NCBI GenBank assembly: GCA_030726975.1
Contig: JANRCO010000090.1
Coordinates: 1 to 59,675, forward strand
Direction: 5' to 3'
Source of the DNA: Ilumatobacteraceae bacterium
GTDB lineage: Bacteria > Actinomycetota > Acidimicrobiia > Acidimicrobiales > Ilumatobacteraceae
Length of the DNA stretch: 59,675 nucleotides
Shown piece by piece: positions 46,451-57,947 of the stretch. The stretch's first letter is position 1, and each line of letters starts with the position of its first letter. Both the position numbers and the translations under genes were made by a program. The notes below the pieces were generated by a model, which was given only the letters and a program-made list of their open reading frames with translations, did no database searches and had not been told where the DNA came from.

Positions 46451-47862
46451 CCAGTACCTATGCGCATGCTCCAGGTTTCGTGGCCGGTGATCGTCCGAAA
46501 ATTGTTACCTCACGTTTTGAATTTTCCGACTCGTACACCATCGAGCGCTATTTGGCGACCAATGGGTATGCAGGTTTGCGAGCAGCACTGGCGCAACCTG
46601 CAACCAGTGTTCACGACGAAGTAAAGAACGCAACGGTTCTTGGCCGTGGCGGTGCCGGCTTCCCTGCCGGTACAAAGTGGGGGCTTACTCCACAAGAAGT
46701 GTGGCCACGTTATTTGGTAGTGAACGGCGACGAAAGCGAACCCGGTACCTACAAAGATCGTTTGCTCATGGAGCGCGACCCACATCAACTCATTGAAGGT
46801 TGCCTCATTGCTTGTTATTCAGCTGGGTTATCACGTTGCTTTCTTTATATACGTGGTGAAATGGCATTGGCGCAAGAGCGTGTAGCGACAGCACTCAACG
46901 AGGCGTATGCCGCAGGCTATGTAGGCAAAAATATTTTGGGAAGCAAATTCTCTGTCGACATTGTCTTGCACTGGGGTGCAGGCGCCTATGTAGTGGGTGA
47001 AGAAACTGCACTCATTGAAAGTCTTGAAGGTAATCGTGGCATGCCACGGTTGAAGCCGCCATTTTTTCCTGCCGCCAATGGTTTGTATGGTCAGCCCACC
47101 ATTGTGAACAATGTGGAAACGCTTGCCAACTTGCCGTGGCTCTTGTGCAATGGTTCCGAGGCCTACACAGCAATTGGCACCAAAACTTCACCAGGTACGC
47201 GCATGGTCGCAGTGTCTGGCCATGTGAAGCGTCCCGGTGTTTTTGAAATCATCAACGGTGTCACCACGTTCAGAGATCTCTTGTACGGAGAAGAATTCTG
47301 CGGTGGCATTCGTAACGACAATCAGTTGAAAGCTTTTGTTCCAGGCGGCGGATCCGCTCCATGGTTCACACCCGACCAACTCGACTTGCCCTTCGAAGCA
47401 AGCCAAGTAGGGCCAGCAGGTTCCATGTTGGGTTCAGGCGCAATCATGGTGATGGATCACACCACCGATATTCCCGCAGCCGCATTAACGCTGACGCGTT
47501 TCTATGCACATGAATCATGTGGCAAATGCACCCCTTGTCGCGAAGGTGGAACCTGGCTCGAGCGCATTTTGACGCGTGTTGTTGAAGGTACTGGCACCGA
47601 TGCCGATCTCGACCAACTCATTGAAGTGGGCAGCAGTATTTGCCCCGGAGATTTCCCGCACGCATCAAATGCCGACCTTGGGCTTGCAGCAGTTCCTTTC
47701 CCATACAAGATGACCACCATTTGTTTTGTGGGTCCATCGGCGTACGCACCCGTTCACTCTGCACTTACTTTGTTCCGCAGCGAGTTTGAAGCACGCGTTA
47801 CCACGCGTAAGCGGATTCCTGTCACTGCAGTAGCAAACAGCACAGCAGGATACGCATCATGA
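46447..47862 (+). CDS. nuoF: NADH-quinone oxidoreductase subunit F
   Basis: FMN/NADH site GRGGAGFPAGTKWG and the N3 cluster ESCGKCTPCREG. The ATG at 46447 overlaps the nuoE stop (ATGA). Confidence 0.93.
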   Translation: MTSTYAHAPGFVAGDRPKIVTSRFEFSDSYTIERYLATNGYAGLRAALAQPATSVHDEVKNATVLGRGGAGFPAGTKWGLTPQEVWPRYLVVNGDESEPGTYKDRLLMERDPHQLIEGCLIACYSAGLSRCFLYIRGEMALAQERVATALNEAYAAGYVGKNILGSKFSVDIVLHWGAGAYVVGEETALIESLEGNRGMPRLKPPFFPAANGLYGQPTIVNNVETLANLPWLLCNGSEAYTAIGTKTSPGTRMVAVSGHVKRPGVFEIINGVTTFRDLLYGEEFCGGIRNDNQLKAFVPGGGSAPWFTPDQLDLPFEASQVGPAGSMLGSGAIMVMDHTTDIPAAALTLTRFYAHESCGKCTPCREGGTWLERILTRVVEGTGTDADLDQLIEVGSSICPGDFPHASNADLGLAAVPFPYKMTTICFVGPSAYAPVHSALTLFRSEFEARVTTRKRIPVTAVANSTAGYAS

Positions 47863-50174
47863 GCACCACAGAATCAACGCCTGATCAAGTGGAAACTGAA
47901 GTCGTTGTTGACCCCAATGCAGTGAGCCTTACTATCAACGGCAAAACGGTTGCTGCTCGTAAGGGTGAACTCATCATTGCGGCGGCCGATCGCACCAGTG
48001 ATTTTATTCCACGTTTTTGCTACCACCCGCGTATGAAGCCAGTGGGCATGTGCCGCCAGTGTTTAGTAGAAGTGGAAGGTCCTCGTGGGCCGATGATGGT
48101 TGTTTCTTGCATGACACCTGTTGCCGAAGGACAAGTAGTACATACCGCAACTGAGCAAGTGAAAAAAGCGCAAGAAGGTATTTTGGAACTTCTTCTTGCT
48201 AACCACCCACTCGATTGCCCTGTGTGCGACAAAGGTGGAGAGTGCCCGCTTCAAGATCAGGCGTTTTCTCACGGGCCTGGTGAGAGTCGATATGTCGAAG
48301 AAAAACGGCATTACGAAAAGCCCATTCCCATTAGCGACTTAGTTTTTCTCGATCGTGAACGCTGCATTCTCTGTGATCGCTGCACGCGCTTCGCTAGTGA
48401 AGTTGCTGGCGACCCACTCATTTCATTTACGCATCGAGGAAACAACACACAGGTGCTCACCTTCCCCGACGAGCCATTTGCTTCTTACTTTTCAGGAAAT
48501 ACTGTTCAAATTTGTCCGGTGGGCGCACTCACTGCAAAGCCGTATCGCTTCAAGGCGCGCCCATGGGACCTTGAAGAAACGCAGAGTACGTGTACTTCAT
48601 GTTCAGTCGGGTGCGCAACTGTTATTCAGTCGAGCCGTGACCAAGTTTTACGTTTTCAAGGCCACGACAACGATGAGGTCAACTGGGGTTGGCTATGCGA
48701 CCGCGGTCGATTCAACTTTGAGTCCATCAATAGCGAAAATCGATTCACGACACCTCTCGTTAGAGAAAATGCCTCGCTTGTTCCTACTTCATGGTCAAAG
48801 GCTTTAGAAGTTGCTGCACGAACCATCCGTATGGCGGTGAGCTCCAAAGGTGCAAATAGTGTTGCCATTTTGGGCGGAGCTCGACTTGCTAACGAAGATG
48901 CGCGGGCGTGGGCGCTGCTGGCAAACAATTTGGGTCTCACAATGCACGATGCGCAACTTGATGATGGCTTGTCAACAGAAGTTTTCCATTTGCCACAAGC
49001 AACAATTAACGATGCAACTTCTGCAACCACTGTGATCTTGCTGAGCCCAGATCTCAAAGAAGAGCTCCCTGTTCTGTATCTTCGGTTGCGCGATGCTGCC
49101 ACAAAAAATCGCACGAGAATTATCGAGTTCACCACGAAAGCATCAGGACTCACTCGGTATGCATGGAAATCGGTCAACTATGAACCAGGTGCGCAGGTAG
49201 CTGCTGTTGCTGCTGCGTTGAACGACTCCGAAATTGCTAACCAGATGCGTAAGGGCAACGTCGTTATTGTCTTGGGGCGCGCAAACCTTGCCGAGTCGAG
49301 TGATTTCACGGCACAGGCGTATAACGCCATAGCAACGGCTTTCCCAGCAGTCACCGTATTGCCAGTTCTTCGCCGAGGAAATATTCGTGGCGCAGTAGCT
49401 GCTGGTCTTGCTTCAGAAAATAACGCTCGCAGTATTCTCACCGCTGCAAGTGAAGGACACATCGAGTGCCTCATTTTGCTTGGGGCAGATCCGTTGTCTG
49501 ATGTTCCCGATCTCGACCTCGTACGACGAGCATTAGCTGGTGCACAAAATGTCATTGCCGTCGATACTTTCCCCACAGCCTCAACATTGCGAGCAGATGT
49601 TGTGCTGCCTGCAGCTGCGTATGCAGAACGCGGAGGAACAACAACAAACCTTGAAGGTCGCATTCTGCCTCTGAGTCAAAAAATCACTGCACGTGGAACT
49701 TCACGTCCCGATTGGATGATCGCAACAGAATTGGCTGAACAACTTGGTGCCGATATTGGTGTGGAATCTATCAATGACCTCACGGCAATAGAAGTGCCGG
49801 CACAAGCTCTGCAAGTGCTGTCGGCAGCGGGAATCTCGGCTCCTGAGCGCAATTCGTATGATCTGCGCCTCGTTGTATCGCGCAAGATGTACGACAATGC
49901 GGTGAGTACAGTAACGAGCCCATCACTTGCCCAGCTCAGCATTGGTGCGGGCATCTATTTGAATCCCCGCGATATTGAGCGCCTCGGAGCTCCTGTGGGG
50001 AAAGATGTGAAGGTATCGACCTCATTAAAATCTGTCATATTGACTTTGCATGCTGATGAGTCTGTATTAAAAGGTACGGCATGGGTTCCTTTTAACCAGC
50101 CCGGAACCGATATTCGTGAATTACTCAATGCAAATGATCTCATCGTCGATGTTCGAGTGGAGAACTTGTCGTGA
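47859..50174 (+). CDS. nuoG: NADH-quinone oxidoreductase subunit G
   Basis: CYHPRMKPVGMCRQCLVEV, CPVCDKGGECPLQD and CILCDRCTRF clusters, plus a molybdopterin-like domain. Confidence 0.93.
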   Translation: MSTTESTPDQVETEVVVDPNAVSLTINGKTVAARKGELIIAAADRTSDFIPRFCYHPRMKPVGMCRQCLVEVEGPRGPMMVVSCMTPVAEGQVVHTATEQVKKAQEGILELLLANHPLDCPVCDKGGECPLQDQAFSHGPGESRYVEEKRHYEKPIPISDLVFLDRERCILCDRCTRFASEVAGDPLISFTHRGNNTQVLTFPDEPFASYFSGNTVQICPVGALTAKPYRFKARPWDLEETQSTCTSCSVGCATVIQSSRDQVLRFQGHDNDEVNWGWLCDRGRFNFESINSENRFTTPLVRENASLVPTSWSKALEVAARTIRMAVSSKGANSVAILGGARLANEDARAWALLANNLGLTMHDAQLDDGLSTEVFHLPQATINDATSATTVILLSPDLKEELPVLYLRLRDAATKNRTRIIEFTTKASGLTRYAWKSVNYEPGAQVAAVAAALNDSEIANQMRKGNVVIVLGRANLAESSDFTAQAYNAIATAFPAVTVLPVLRRGNIRGAVAAGLASENNARSILTAASEGHIECLILLGADPLSDVPDLDLVRRALAGAQNVIAVDTFPTASTLRADVVLPAAAYAERGGTTTNLEGRILPLSQKITARGTSRPDWMIATELAEQLGADIGVESINDLTAIEVPAQALQVLSAAGISAPERNSYDLRLVVSRKMYDNAVSTVTSPSLAQLSIGAGIYLNPRDIERLGAPVGKDVKVSTSLKSVILTLHADESVLKGTAWVPFNQPGTDIRELLNANDLIVDVRVENLS

Positions 50175-51409
50175 TTGCACTCGCTCATTCACTGTTAGGG
50201 GTTGATCCACTATTCGATGGGGGTCTTTTGTGGACACCTCTTCTCATCGTCATTCTCAAGGTGTTGGTTGTTTTTGTTATTGGCCTTGTTGCAACCATGT
50301 TGATGGTGTGGTTCGAACGCAAGGCCATTGCTGGCATGCAAAACCGTATTGGCCCGAATAAAGCAGGACCATTTGGTTTGTTGCAGACATTGGCAGACGG
50401 CATCAAGTTGTTCTTTAAAGAAGATCTGATACCAGAAAGATCCGACCGACTTGTTTTCCGCCTAGCGCCGTACCTTTCTTTTGTTCCCGCATTTCTTGCC
50501 TTTGCCATCATCCCCCTCGGTGGCGACTATCGCGATGGCAATGGCGGACTCGTCACGTGGTTCGGACACCAAACACGAGTACAGCTTGCCGACCCACCAA
50601 TTGGCGTTCTTTTTGCCCTTGCCATTTCCTCAATTGCGGTCTATGGCATCATGCTGGCGGGTTGGTCGAGTGGTTCGAAATATCCCTTGCTCGGTTCGGT
50701 TCGTGCATCTGCACAAATGGTGAGCTATGAAGCAGCACTCGGCTTGTCGCTAGCCGCAGTCATTTTGGTGACGGGCACGCTCTCCACAAGTGGCATCGTA
50801 GGTTCACAAAGTTCACTGGGGTCCTGGAACATTGTGGCTACGGGTGTTATCCCTTTTGCGATCTTCCTCATTTCGGCAACTGCAGAACTCAATCGACCAC
50901 CGTTTGACTTGGTGGAAGCAGAGCAGGAATTAGTAGGCGGGTTCAACACCGAATATTCATCAATTCGCTTCTCGCTCTTTTTTCTCGCCGAATTTATGAA
51001 CACCATCACGATGTCTGCGGTCATCGTGACCTTGTTCTTCGGTGGTCCTCAACCTGTCAGCATCGGAAACACCACGCTCGATATTCCGCTCATCAACAAC
51101 TCGCTTGAAGGCAGTATTTGGCTCATCGCCAAGGTTCTGGTTTTCCTCTATATCTATATTTGGTTCCGAGCATCTCTGCCTCGTTTCCGTTACGACCAAC
51201 TCATGGACCTTGGCTGGAAGTTCCTGATTCCTGCGTCACTTGGTTGGTTCATGCTTCTCGCAGCGCAACGACTAGCCGACAATGAAAATTGGGACCAGCT
51301 CATTGTGATGCCACTGTCTATTGCGGTCATATTGGTGTGCTTTATTTTCATGCAGTTGGCGTTCAGAGCCAGTGCAAAGAATCGTGAATCAGAAGGGGCA
51401 TCTTTCTAA
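50171..51409 (+). CDS. nuoH: NADH-quinone oxidoreductase subunit H
   Basis: [37 protein letters not shown]. Confidence 0.93.
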   Translation: MIALAHSLLGVDPLFDGGLLWTPLLIVILKVLVVFVIGLVATMLMVWFERKAIAGMQNRIGPNKAGPFGLLQTLADGIKLFFKEDLIPERSDRLVFRLAPYLSFVPAFLAFAIIPLGGDYRDGNGGLVTWFGHQTRVQLADPPIGVLFALAISSIAVYGIMLAGWSSGSKYPLLGSVRASAQMVSYEAALGLSLAAVILVTGTLSTSGIVGSQSSLGSWNIVATGVIPFAIFLISATAELNRPPFDLVEAEQELVGGFNTEYSSIRFSLFFLAEFMNTITMSAVIVTLFFGGPQPVSIGNTTLDIPLINNSLEGSIWLIAKVLVFLYIYIWFRASLPRFRYDQLMDLGWKFLIPASLGWFMLLAAQRLADNENWDQLIVMPLSIAVILVCFIFMQLAFRASAKNRESEGASF

Positions 51410-52050
51410 TGGGGTACCTAGGTGGCTTTCTTGTAACTGTTCGTCAACACGGTAAGCGCAACCGCGTTACCACTGAATACTCCGGTGGACGCATGTTCCG
51501 TAAGGGTAAAAAAGCAAGTAGCGACGAAAAAATTGCTAAACCCGAGCGCATGCACGGGCGCCATGTCTTGAACCGATACGAAGACGGCATGGAAAAGTGC
51601 ATTGGGTGCGAACTTTGTGCTGGCGTATGCCCTGCCCGGTGCATTTATGTGCGCGGTAAAGATAACGACCCTATGGAACCCACCTCACCTGGTGAGCGGT
51701 TTGGTTTTATTTACGAAATCAATTACCTCCGTTGCATTCACTGCGACTTGTGTGTGGAAGCGTGCCCAACTGAGGCAATCACTGAAACAAAACTCTTTGA
51801 ATTCTCCTTTACGAATCGCCAAGACGCGATTTACACGAAAAAGGAACTTCTTGTCGATGATGCCGGGTTGCCACAACATTTACCCTGGGAAGACTGGCGA
51901 CCAGGCGAAGACATCAACACCTCTGGCTGGATGCGCGCTACTTCGCCAAGCGGTAACGCCGAGTTTGAAGGTGTCGTTGCATGGAGTGGTGAACTTGGTT
52001 ACGGCGTTCGTGAGCCAGAGCCAGTGCAAAGTGAAAGGGACGCCGAATAA
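51409..52050 (+). CDS. nuoI: NADH-quinone oxidoreductase subunit I
   Basis: [12 protein letters not shown] and [12 protein letters not shown]. Confidence 0.92.
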   Translation: MGYLGGFLVTVRQHGKRNRVTTEYSGGRMFRKGKKASSDEKIAKPERMHGRHVLNRYEDGMEKCIGCELCAGVCPARCIYVRGKDNDPMEPTSPGERFGFIYEINYLRCIHCDLCVEACPTEAITETKLFEFSFTNRQDAIYTKKELLVDDAGLPQHLPWEDWRPGEDINTSGWMRATSPSGNAEFEGVVAWSGELGYGVREPEPVQSERDAE

Positions 52051-52602
52051 ATGGAACTCTTCGTGTTTATTTGTTCTGCAGCAATGGTGATTGCTGGTGC
52101 GTTAGGAGTTGTTCTCCGTTCGAACCCCGTGCATGCTGCTTTGAGTTTGGTACTCACATTGTTCGGAATTGCTGTGATGTTTGTTTCTCAGGAAGCAGAG
52201 TTTCTTGCCGCAGTGCAAGTCATTGTTTATGCCGGAGCAATAGTGGTGCTCTTCTTGTTCGTAATCATGCTCTTAGGCGTCGACCGTGCAGAGAATCTCA
52301 AAACAGAGCCACTCGGAATTCAGCGACCTCTAGCTATTGTTTTGAGTCTTGGTTTTGTTGCGCTGCTCGTTGCCACTATTTTGCAAGGCCGTGATTCACT
52401 GAACATGCGTGGAGATGGCCTGAACACTGCAGCTAATGGCGATCACGACGCAAACATTCGTCAAATCGCTCGATCTATTTTTAGTGATTATGTTGTGGCC
52501 TTCGAAGTTACTTCGATATTGCTTATTGTTGCCGTTGTCGGAACTGTTGTGTTAGCTCGCAAGCGCAAATCCGATAAAGACATCTCCGGAGTGTCTGCAT
52601 AA
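52051..52602 (+). CDS. nuoJ: NADH-quinone oxidoreductase subunit J
   Basis: Five hydrophobic helices, with position and N-terminus (SNPVHAALSLVLTLFG) typical of NuoJ. Confidence 0.88.
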   Translation: MELFVFICSAAMVIAGALGVVLRSNPVHAALSLVLTLFGIAVMFVSQEAEFLAAVQVIVYAGAIVVLFLFVIMLLGVDRAENLKTEPLGIQRPLAIVLSLGFVALLVATILQGRDSLNMRGDGLNTAANGDHDANIRQIARSIFSDYVVAFEVTSILLIVAVVGTVVLARKRKSDKDISGVSA

Positions 52603-52919
52603 TGTTTGCCGCAATCGCTCCTACTTCTACCTGGTATCTCATTTTGGGTGCGGTGCTCTTTGGCATTGGCATGGTGGGTGTCCTCGTGCGACGCAATCCA
52701 CTCATTATGTTCATGAGCATTGAACTCATGTTGAATGCGGTCAATCTCACCTTTGTTGCATTATCAACACAACTCACCGATATCAACGGACAAACTGCCG
52801 TTTTCTTTGTACTTGTTGTTGCTGCTGCTGAGGTTGTAGTTGGGCTCGGCATCATCGTGGCAATTATGCGTCGCCGCTCGGAAGTTTCCGTTGATGATCT
52901 CTCGGCATTGAAGGGTTAG
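52602..52919 (+). CDS. nuoK: NADH-quinone oxidoreductase subunit K
   Basis: 105 aa, with MSIELMLNAVNL and AAAEVVVGL. Confidence 0.9.
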   Translation: MFAAIAPTSTWYLILGAVLFGIGMVGVLVRRNPLIMFMSIELMLNAVNLTFVALSTQLTDINGQTAVFFVLVVAAAEVVVGLGIIVAIMRRRSEVSVDDLSALKG

Positions 52920-52924
52920 TAGCA

Positions 52925-54835
52925 ATGCTCCATACAGTTTGGTTAGTACCTGCACTTCCGCTCGCCGGGTTTTTGCTCCTCGTTCTTTTTGGGCGCCGAT
53001 TAGCTGAACCTAAGGCTGGTTGGCTTGCCGCCACGATGTGTGGGGCTTCATTTTTTGTCACATTGCTCGTCTTCCTCGACATGGTGTCAAAGTCGGCAGA
53101 AGAGCGTTCACATGTAGTGCGAGTCTTCTCTTGGATCCCAGTGGGCTCATTGCAAGTAGACCTAGCGTTCCTTGCCGATCAATTGTCCATCACCATGGCG
53201 TTGTTTGTTACAGGAATTGGCACACTCATCCACCTATACGCCATCGGTTACATGCATGGTGATCCTAAGTTTTCGAAGTTCTTCATTTATTTGAACCTTT
53301 TCGTCTTCTCCATGTTGATGCTGGTGCTTGGCGAGAACTTGCTTGTTACCTTCCTCGGGTGGGAAGGCGTGGGAACGTGTTCCTACTTTCTTATTTCTTT
53401 TTGGCATACACGTGACAGTGCCGCAACTGCAGGAAAGAAAGCATTCGTTACCAACCGTGTTGGTGACTGGGGTTTCATGATGGCGATGTTCTTGGCCTTT
53501 GGGGCGGTGGGTACGTTGTCTTACGGAACCATTAATAGCGCTGCTCAGGGTGGGTCAATTAGCCATGTCACCGCTACTGCAATTGCGTTGATGTTGTTTG
53601 TGGGCGCTTGCGGTAAGAGCGCGCAGCTTCCTTTGTATCTCTGGTTGCCCGATGCAATGGAAGGACCAACTCCAGTATCGGCGCTCATTCACGCTGCCAC
53701 CATGGTGACCGCTGGCGTCTTTTTGATGACCCGTATGAACCCAGTCATTGCCGAGGCATACCACTGGGCACCAACAATCATTGCTGTTATTGGTGCTGCC
53801 ACGGCGTTGTTCGCGGCCACGGTTGCCGTTGCGCAAAACGATATTAAAAAAGTCCTTGCGTACAGCACAGTGTCACAACTTGGTTACATGTTTCTCGCCG
53901 TTGGGTCGGGGGCGTATGTTGCAGCAATTTTCCACATGATCACGCACGCATTCTTTAAAGCGCTTCTCTTCCTTGGTTCTGGTTCGGTCATCCACGGAAT
54001 GCATCACGAACAAGACATGCGCAAGATGGGTGCATTGCGTGTACTCATGCCCGTGACCGGCTTTACTTTCATTATCGGCTGGCTGGCAATTGCCGGAGTT
54101 CCTCCGTTTGCAGGTTTCTGGTCGAAAGACGAAATCTTGCTCTACGTATTTGCCAACAACCGCGCGTTGTATGTAGTGGGCCTTGTTACTGCATTGCTCA
54201 CGGCTTTCTACATGACACGTCAAGTAATCATGGTGTTCTTTGGTGAAGCGAAGTGGAAAGATCACAGTGAAGAGCATGGTGCTCATGGAGATTTTGTTCC
54301 ACATGAGAGTCCAAGAATCATGTTGTTCCCGCTAGTTGTTTTGGCAGTGTTGTCAGTTGGTGGTGGACTTTTGCAGTTGCCCTTTACAAAAGATCTTCAC
54401 TTCCTTGAAAAGTGGTTGGAGCCAATTGTTGAACATGGTGAAGCGCATATCAGCGGTTCATGGGCCTATGACAATAAGTATCTTTTGATGTTGGGTGCCA
54501 TTGTGGTTGCACTAGGTGGAATCGCATTGGCAGTGGGTGTTTACGGCAAGAAGAAATTGCCTGCTATTGAGCCACAAATATTGGCTAATGCATGGAACTA
54601 CGACAAGGGTGTTTCAGCATTCATGGGTGGGCCAGGTCGCCAATCATTTGAAGGTGTTGCTTGGGCCGATGCACATGTCATCGATGGAGCAGTGCGTGGA
54701 ACCGGGTCAGTTGTGCGTAAGTCAAGTGGCTTGGTGCGCAAAATTCAAAGCGGTTACGTACGCGTATACGCCGCCGCCATTGTCATTGGCGTACTTGCCA
54801 TGTTGGCGTGGTTTATGTGGAGAGGAGTGGCGTGA
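52925..54835 (+). CDS. nuoL: NADH-quinone oxidoreductase subunit L
   Basis: Antiporter-like: GWEGVGTCSYFLISFWH, AGKSAQLPLYLWLPDAMEGPTPVSALIHAATMV. Confidence 0.93.
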   Translation: MLHTVWLVPALPLAGFLLLVLFGRRLAEPKAGWLAATMCGASFFVTLLVFLDMVSKSAEERSHVVRVFSWIPVGSLQVDLAFLADQLSITMALFVTGIGTLIHLYAIGYMHGDPKFSKFFIYLNLFVFSMLMLVLGENLLVTFLGWEGVGTCSYFLISFWHTRDSAATAGKKAFVTNRVGDWGFMMAMFLAFGAVGTLSYGTINSAAQGGSISHVTATAIALMLFVGACGKSAQLPLYLWLPDAMEGPTPVSALIHAATMVTAGVFLMTRMNPVIAEAYHWAPTIIAVIGAATALFAATVAVAQNDIKKVLAYSTVSQLGYMFLAVGSGAYVAAIFHMITHAFFKALLFLGSGSVIHGMHHEQDMRKMGALRVLMPVTGFTFIIGWLAIAGVPPFAGFWSKDEILLYVFANNRALYVVGLVTALLTAFYMTRQVIMVFFGEAKWKDHSEEHGAHGDFVPHESPRIMLFPLVVLAVLSVGGGLLQLPFTKDLHFLEKWLEPIVEHGEAHISGSWAYDNKYLLMLGAIVVALGGIALAVGVYGKKKLPAIEPQILANAWNYDKGVSAFMGGPGRQSFEGVAWADAHVIDGAVRGTGSVVRKSSGLVRKIQSGYVRVYAAAIVIGVLAMLAWFMWRGVA

Positions 54836-56421
54836 TGATTGCTGAAGTAGGCCACAGTGCGTCAATGTCGTTTCCTATTCTGACTGCACTCATTTTTGTT
54901 CCGCTGTTGGGCGCAATTGCTGCCGTTCTTTCCAGCAACCGACGACCCGAGTGGACAAAGCTCATTGCATTAATTTCAAGCGTAGGTACTGCTGGGCTCA
55001 GCATTTGGATGCTGGCAAGTTTTAAGACCTCAGAAGGTGGATTCCAGTTCACCTCCCAGCATGCATGGATTCGTGAGTGGGGAATTGGTTGGCACCTCGG
55101 TGTAGACGGAATATCTCTGTTCCTCGTTGTATTAACGGGTTTACTTTTTCCTTTGGTCATTGTGGGTATCGACCCTCATCATGGGCATAAGCGTTACCTT
55201 GCATGGCTGCTTCTTCTTGAAGCCGGGGTGATGGGCAGTTTCCTCAGCCTCGACCTCTTCTTGTTCTTTGCATTTTTCGAAATTGTTTTGGTGCCGATGT
55301 ATTTCCTCATTGGCGGATGGGGTTACGACCAGCGTGTTTACGCTGCAACGAAGTTCTTCTTGTACACGATGTTCGGATCAGCATTCATGCTGGTCGGAAT
55401 TATCGCAACTGCAGTTCTTGCAAAGAACAGCTTGGGCTACGTCACCTTCGACTTGGTGACACTCGCGGAACAGGCATCCTTTGGCACGAACACTGCTCGC
55501 TGGTTGTTCTTTGCTTTTGCCATTGCGTTTGCCGTGAAGGTGCCGCTCTTTCCACTGCATACATGGTTGCCCGACGCCCACACACAGGCCCCCACTGGTG
55601 GCTCGGTCATTTTGGCCGGTGTGCTCTTGAAGCTCGGAACATATGGGTTCTTACGATTTGGTTTGTATCTCTTCCCTGAAGCAGCCGTTTGGGCAAAGCC
55701 TCTCTTTCTCACGCTTGCCGTTGCAGGAATTTTGTGGGGGGCCATTGCAGCAACAATGCAAAAAGACTTGAAGCGTCTCGTTGCCTATTCTTCAGTAGCT
55801 CACCTCGGATTCATTGTCCTCGGTACTTTCGCGTTTACGTCAGTGGCTCTCACTGGTGGTGTCATGCAAATGGTGAACCACGGAATTTCTACCGGAGCAC
55901 TCTTCTTGCTTGTAGGAATGATTTACGAGCGTCGCCACACTCGCCAAATTGCAGAACTCAAAGGTCTGCAATCTGTCGCCCCAATTTTTGCTGCTGCCTT
56001 TATGGTGGTGATGCTCTCATCAATTGGAGTTCCGGGCCTCAACGGTTTCGTTGGCGAGTTCCTCATCCTCATCGGCTCATTCGAAAATGCGCGCTGGTGG
56101 GTTGTGGTGGGCACAACCGGTGTCATCTTGGCAGCGCTGTATTTGTTGTGGGCATACCAGCGTGTATTTCATGGCGAGGTTGATGAAGCAAATGCTTCAT
56201 TCCCAGAACTAACGCCTCGTGAAGGAATGCTCCTCTTCACCTTCATTGCCGCAATCGTATTTACTGGCGTGTATCCAAAGCCAATGTTGGATCGGATTGA
56301 GCCAAGTGTGAAGGTATTGGTGACACACGTAGAAGAACGCAGCGGTCGTACTTTTGAGCCTGATGTTGTGGAAGTGAAAAAGGCTCCAGCCGCTAAAGAA
56401 GAAAAGCACGAGGACCACTGA
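54835..56421 (+). CDS. nuoM: NADH-quinone oxidoreductase subunit M
   Basis: KVPLFPLHTWLPDAHTQAPTGGSVILAGVLLKLG. The ATG at 54835 follows AGAGGAG and overlaps the nuoL stop. Confidence 0.92.
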   Translation: MIAEVGHSASMSFPILTALIFVPLLGAIAAVLSSNRRPEWTKLIALISSVGTAGLSIWMLASFKTSEGGFQFTSQHAWIREWGIGWHLGVDGISLFLVVLTGLLFPLVIVGIDPHHGHKRYLAWLLLLEAGVMGSFLSLDLFLFFAFFEIVLVPMYFLIGGWGYDQRVYAATKFFLYTMFGSAFMLVGIIATAVLAKNSLGYVTFDLVTLAEQASFGTNTARWLFFAFAIAFAVKVPLFPLHTWLPDAHTQAPTGGSVILAGVLLKLGTYGFLRFGLYLFPEAAVWAKPLFLTLAVAGILWGAIAATMQKDLKRLVAYSSVAHLGFIVLGTFAFTSVALTGGVMQMVNHGISTGALFLLVGMIYERRHTRQIAELKGLQSVAPIFAAAFMVVMLSSIGVPGLNGFVGEFLILIGSFENARWWVVVGTTGVILAALYLLWAYQRVFHGEVDEANASFPELTPREGMLLFTFIAAIVFTGVYPKPMLDRIEPSVKVLVTHVEERSGRTFEPDVVEVKKAPAAKEEKHEDH

Positions 56422-57935
56422 TGTTGTTCGCCGCCGAAAAACTTGCCGGACCAAGTGTTCCTTGGTTTTATCTCAACCCTCTTTTCATCTTGCTAGGTGG
56501 CATTGTTGTTCTCATGCTGGTGGGTTCTCTCGCCCCCCAATGGCCACGTCATTGGTATGGAGTTTTTAGTGCCGCCACTGCTGCAATTACTTTAATTTCT
56601 ACCGTTTTGTTATGGGACAACGTGACGAATGAAAAGCCGCGAGCAATTTTCGGTGATGCATTAGCGCTCGACCACTTTGCTCTTCTCGGCACAATCAGTA
56701 TTTGTGCCGCGGTGTTTTTGTGCAGTTTGCTCACAAGTGATTATCTCCAGCGTGACTCCGACGACGGGCCAGAGCTATATGTGTTGTATCTCACCGCAGC
56801 TATCGGTGGCATCATCATGGTTTCCTCTAACGATCTCATCGTTCTCTTCCTCGGATTAGAAACGTTGAGCCTGTCGCTTTATGTACTTGCGGCAAGCAAT
56901 CGTCGTCGCAGTGAGAGCCAAGAATCTGGTCTGAAGTACTTCATTCTGGGCGGCTTTTCGTCGGCTTTTTTTCTGTACGGCATTGCGCTTGTTTATGGTG
57001 CAACAAAAACAACGAACATCACCGGCATCTTCACAGCGCTATCTACTTCGCAATCAGTACCCCGTAATGATGTTTTCCTACTCGTAGGTACTGGCCTCAT
57101 GCTCGTGGGCTTGGCCTTTAAAGTGGCAGCAGTCCCCTTTCACATGTGGACACCCGATGTGTACCAAGGTGCACCAACTCCGGTCACAGCATTTATGGCA
57201 TCGGCTGGAAAAACCGCAGCATTCGCTGCCCTGCTTCGCGTTACCTTGACAGCATTGCCAACACGTGTCGACGACTGGCGCCCCATCATTTGGGTGCTTG
57301 CACTTTTGAGTATCATCGTGGGTTCTCTCCTTGCTGTGACGCAAACAAATGTCAAGCGCATGCTTGCGTACTCATCAATTAGCCATGCTGGTTTTATGTT
57401 GGTAGGCATCGAGGCCGCAGCGCATCCAAATAGTCCCGATGCAGGAAATGGCATCTCAGGTGTAATGACCTATTTGTTGCTGTACACCGTTTTGGTGATT
57501 GGCACTTTTGCTGTCGTTGGCTTGGTAGCACGCAAGGGCGATACCGCAACTGAATTGTCTGACTTTAAGGGTCTTGGAAAGCAACAGCCCGCGCTTGCAT
57601 TGGCGCTCACCGTGTTTCTCCTTGCACAAGCAGGCGTGCCACTCACATCAGGTTTTGTTGCAAAGTTTGGTGTCATCAAGGCTGCTGTTGAAGTCAACAG
57701 TTACGCAATTGCAATTGCAGCAATGGTGGCATCGGTCATTGGTGCATTCCTCTACTTGCGCATCATGGTGAGTGTATGGCTTGAAGAAGTGACCGCAGAA
57801 AACACACCTATACAAGTGCCTTTCTTAACGGGTCTTGCTGTAGCAATGGCCGCTATTTTTACCATTGCCATAGGTGTAGTTCCTGGTTGGTTGCTCGACG
57901 CAACACAACAAGTTGCAGCACTTACTGGTCGCTAG
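56421..57935 (+). CDS. nuoN: NADH-quinone oxidoreductase subunit N
   Basis: FKVAAVPFHMWTPDVYQGAPTPVTAFMA. The start overlaps the nuoM stop. Confidence 0.92.
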   Translation: MLFAAEKLAGPSVPWFYLNPLFILLGGIVVLMLVGSLAPQWPRHWYGVFSAATAAITLISTVLLWDNVTNEKPRAIFGDALALDHFALLGTISICAAVFLCSLLTSDYLQRDSDDGPELYVLYLTAAIGGIIMVSSNDLIVLFLGLETLSLSLYVLAASNRRRSESQESGLKYFILGGFSSAFFLYGIALVYGATKTTNITGIFTALSTSQSVPRNDVFLLVGTGLMLVGLAFKVAAVPFHMWTPDVYQGAPTPVTAFMASAGKTAAFAALLRVTLTALPTRVDDWRPIIWVLALLSIIVGSLLAVTQTNVKRMLAYSSISHAGFMLVGIEAAAHPNSPDAGNGISGVMTYLLLYTVLVIGTFAVVGLVARKGDTATELSDFKGLGKQQPALALALTVFLLAQAGVPLTSGFVAKFGVIKAAVEVNSYAIAIAAMVASVIGAFLYLRIMVSVWLEEVTAENTPIQVPFLTGLAVAMAAIFTIAIGVVPGWLLDATQQVAALTGR

Positions 57936-57947
57936 TAGTTATTTCTT

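Noticed and set aside
48656-50188. A chain of long antisense ORFs (173, 161, 92 and 77 aa) opposite nuoG. Similar ones lie opposite nfeD (8051-8617) and nuoE (45743-46423).
   Set aside because: These are typical stop-poor antisense frames of coding DNA. They have low-complexity Ala/Arg/Ser composition and no start-site signals, and the sense genes are unambiguous.
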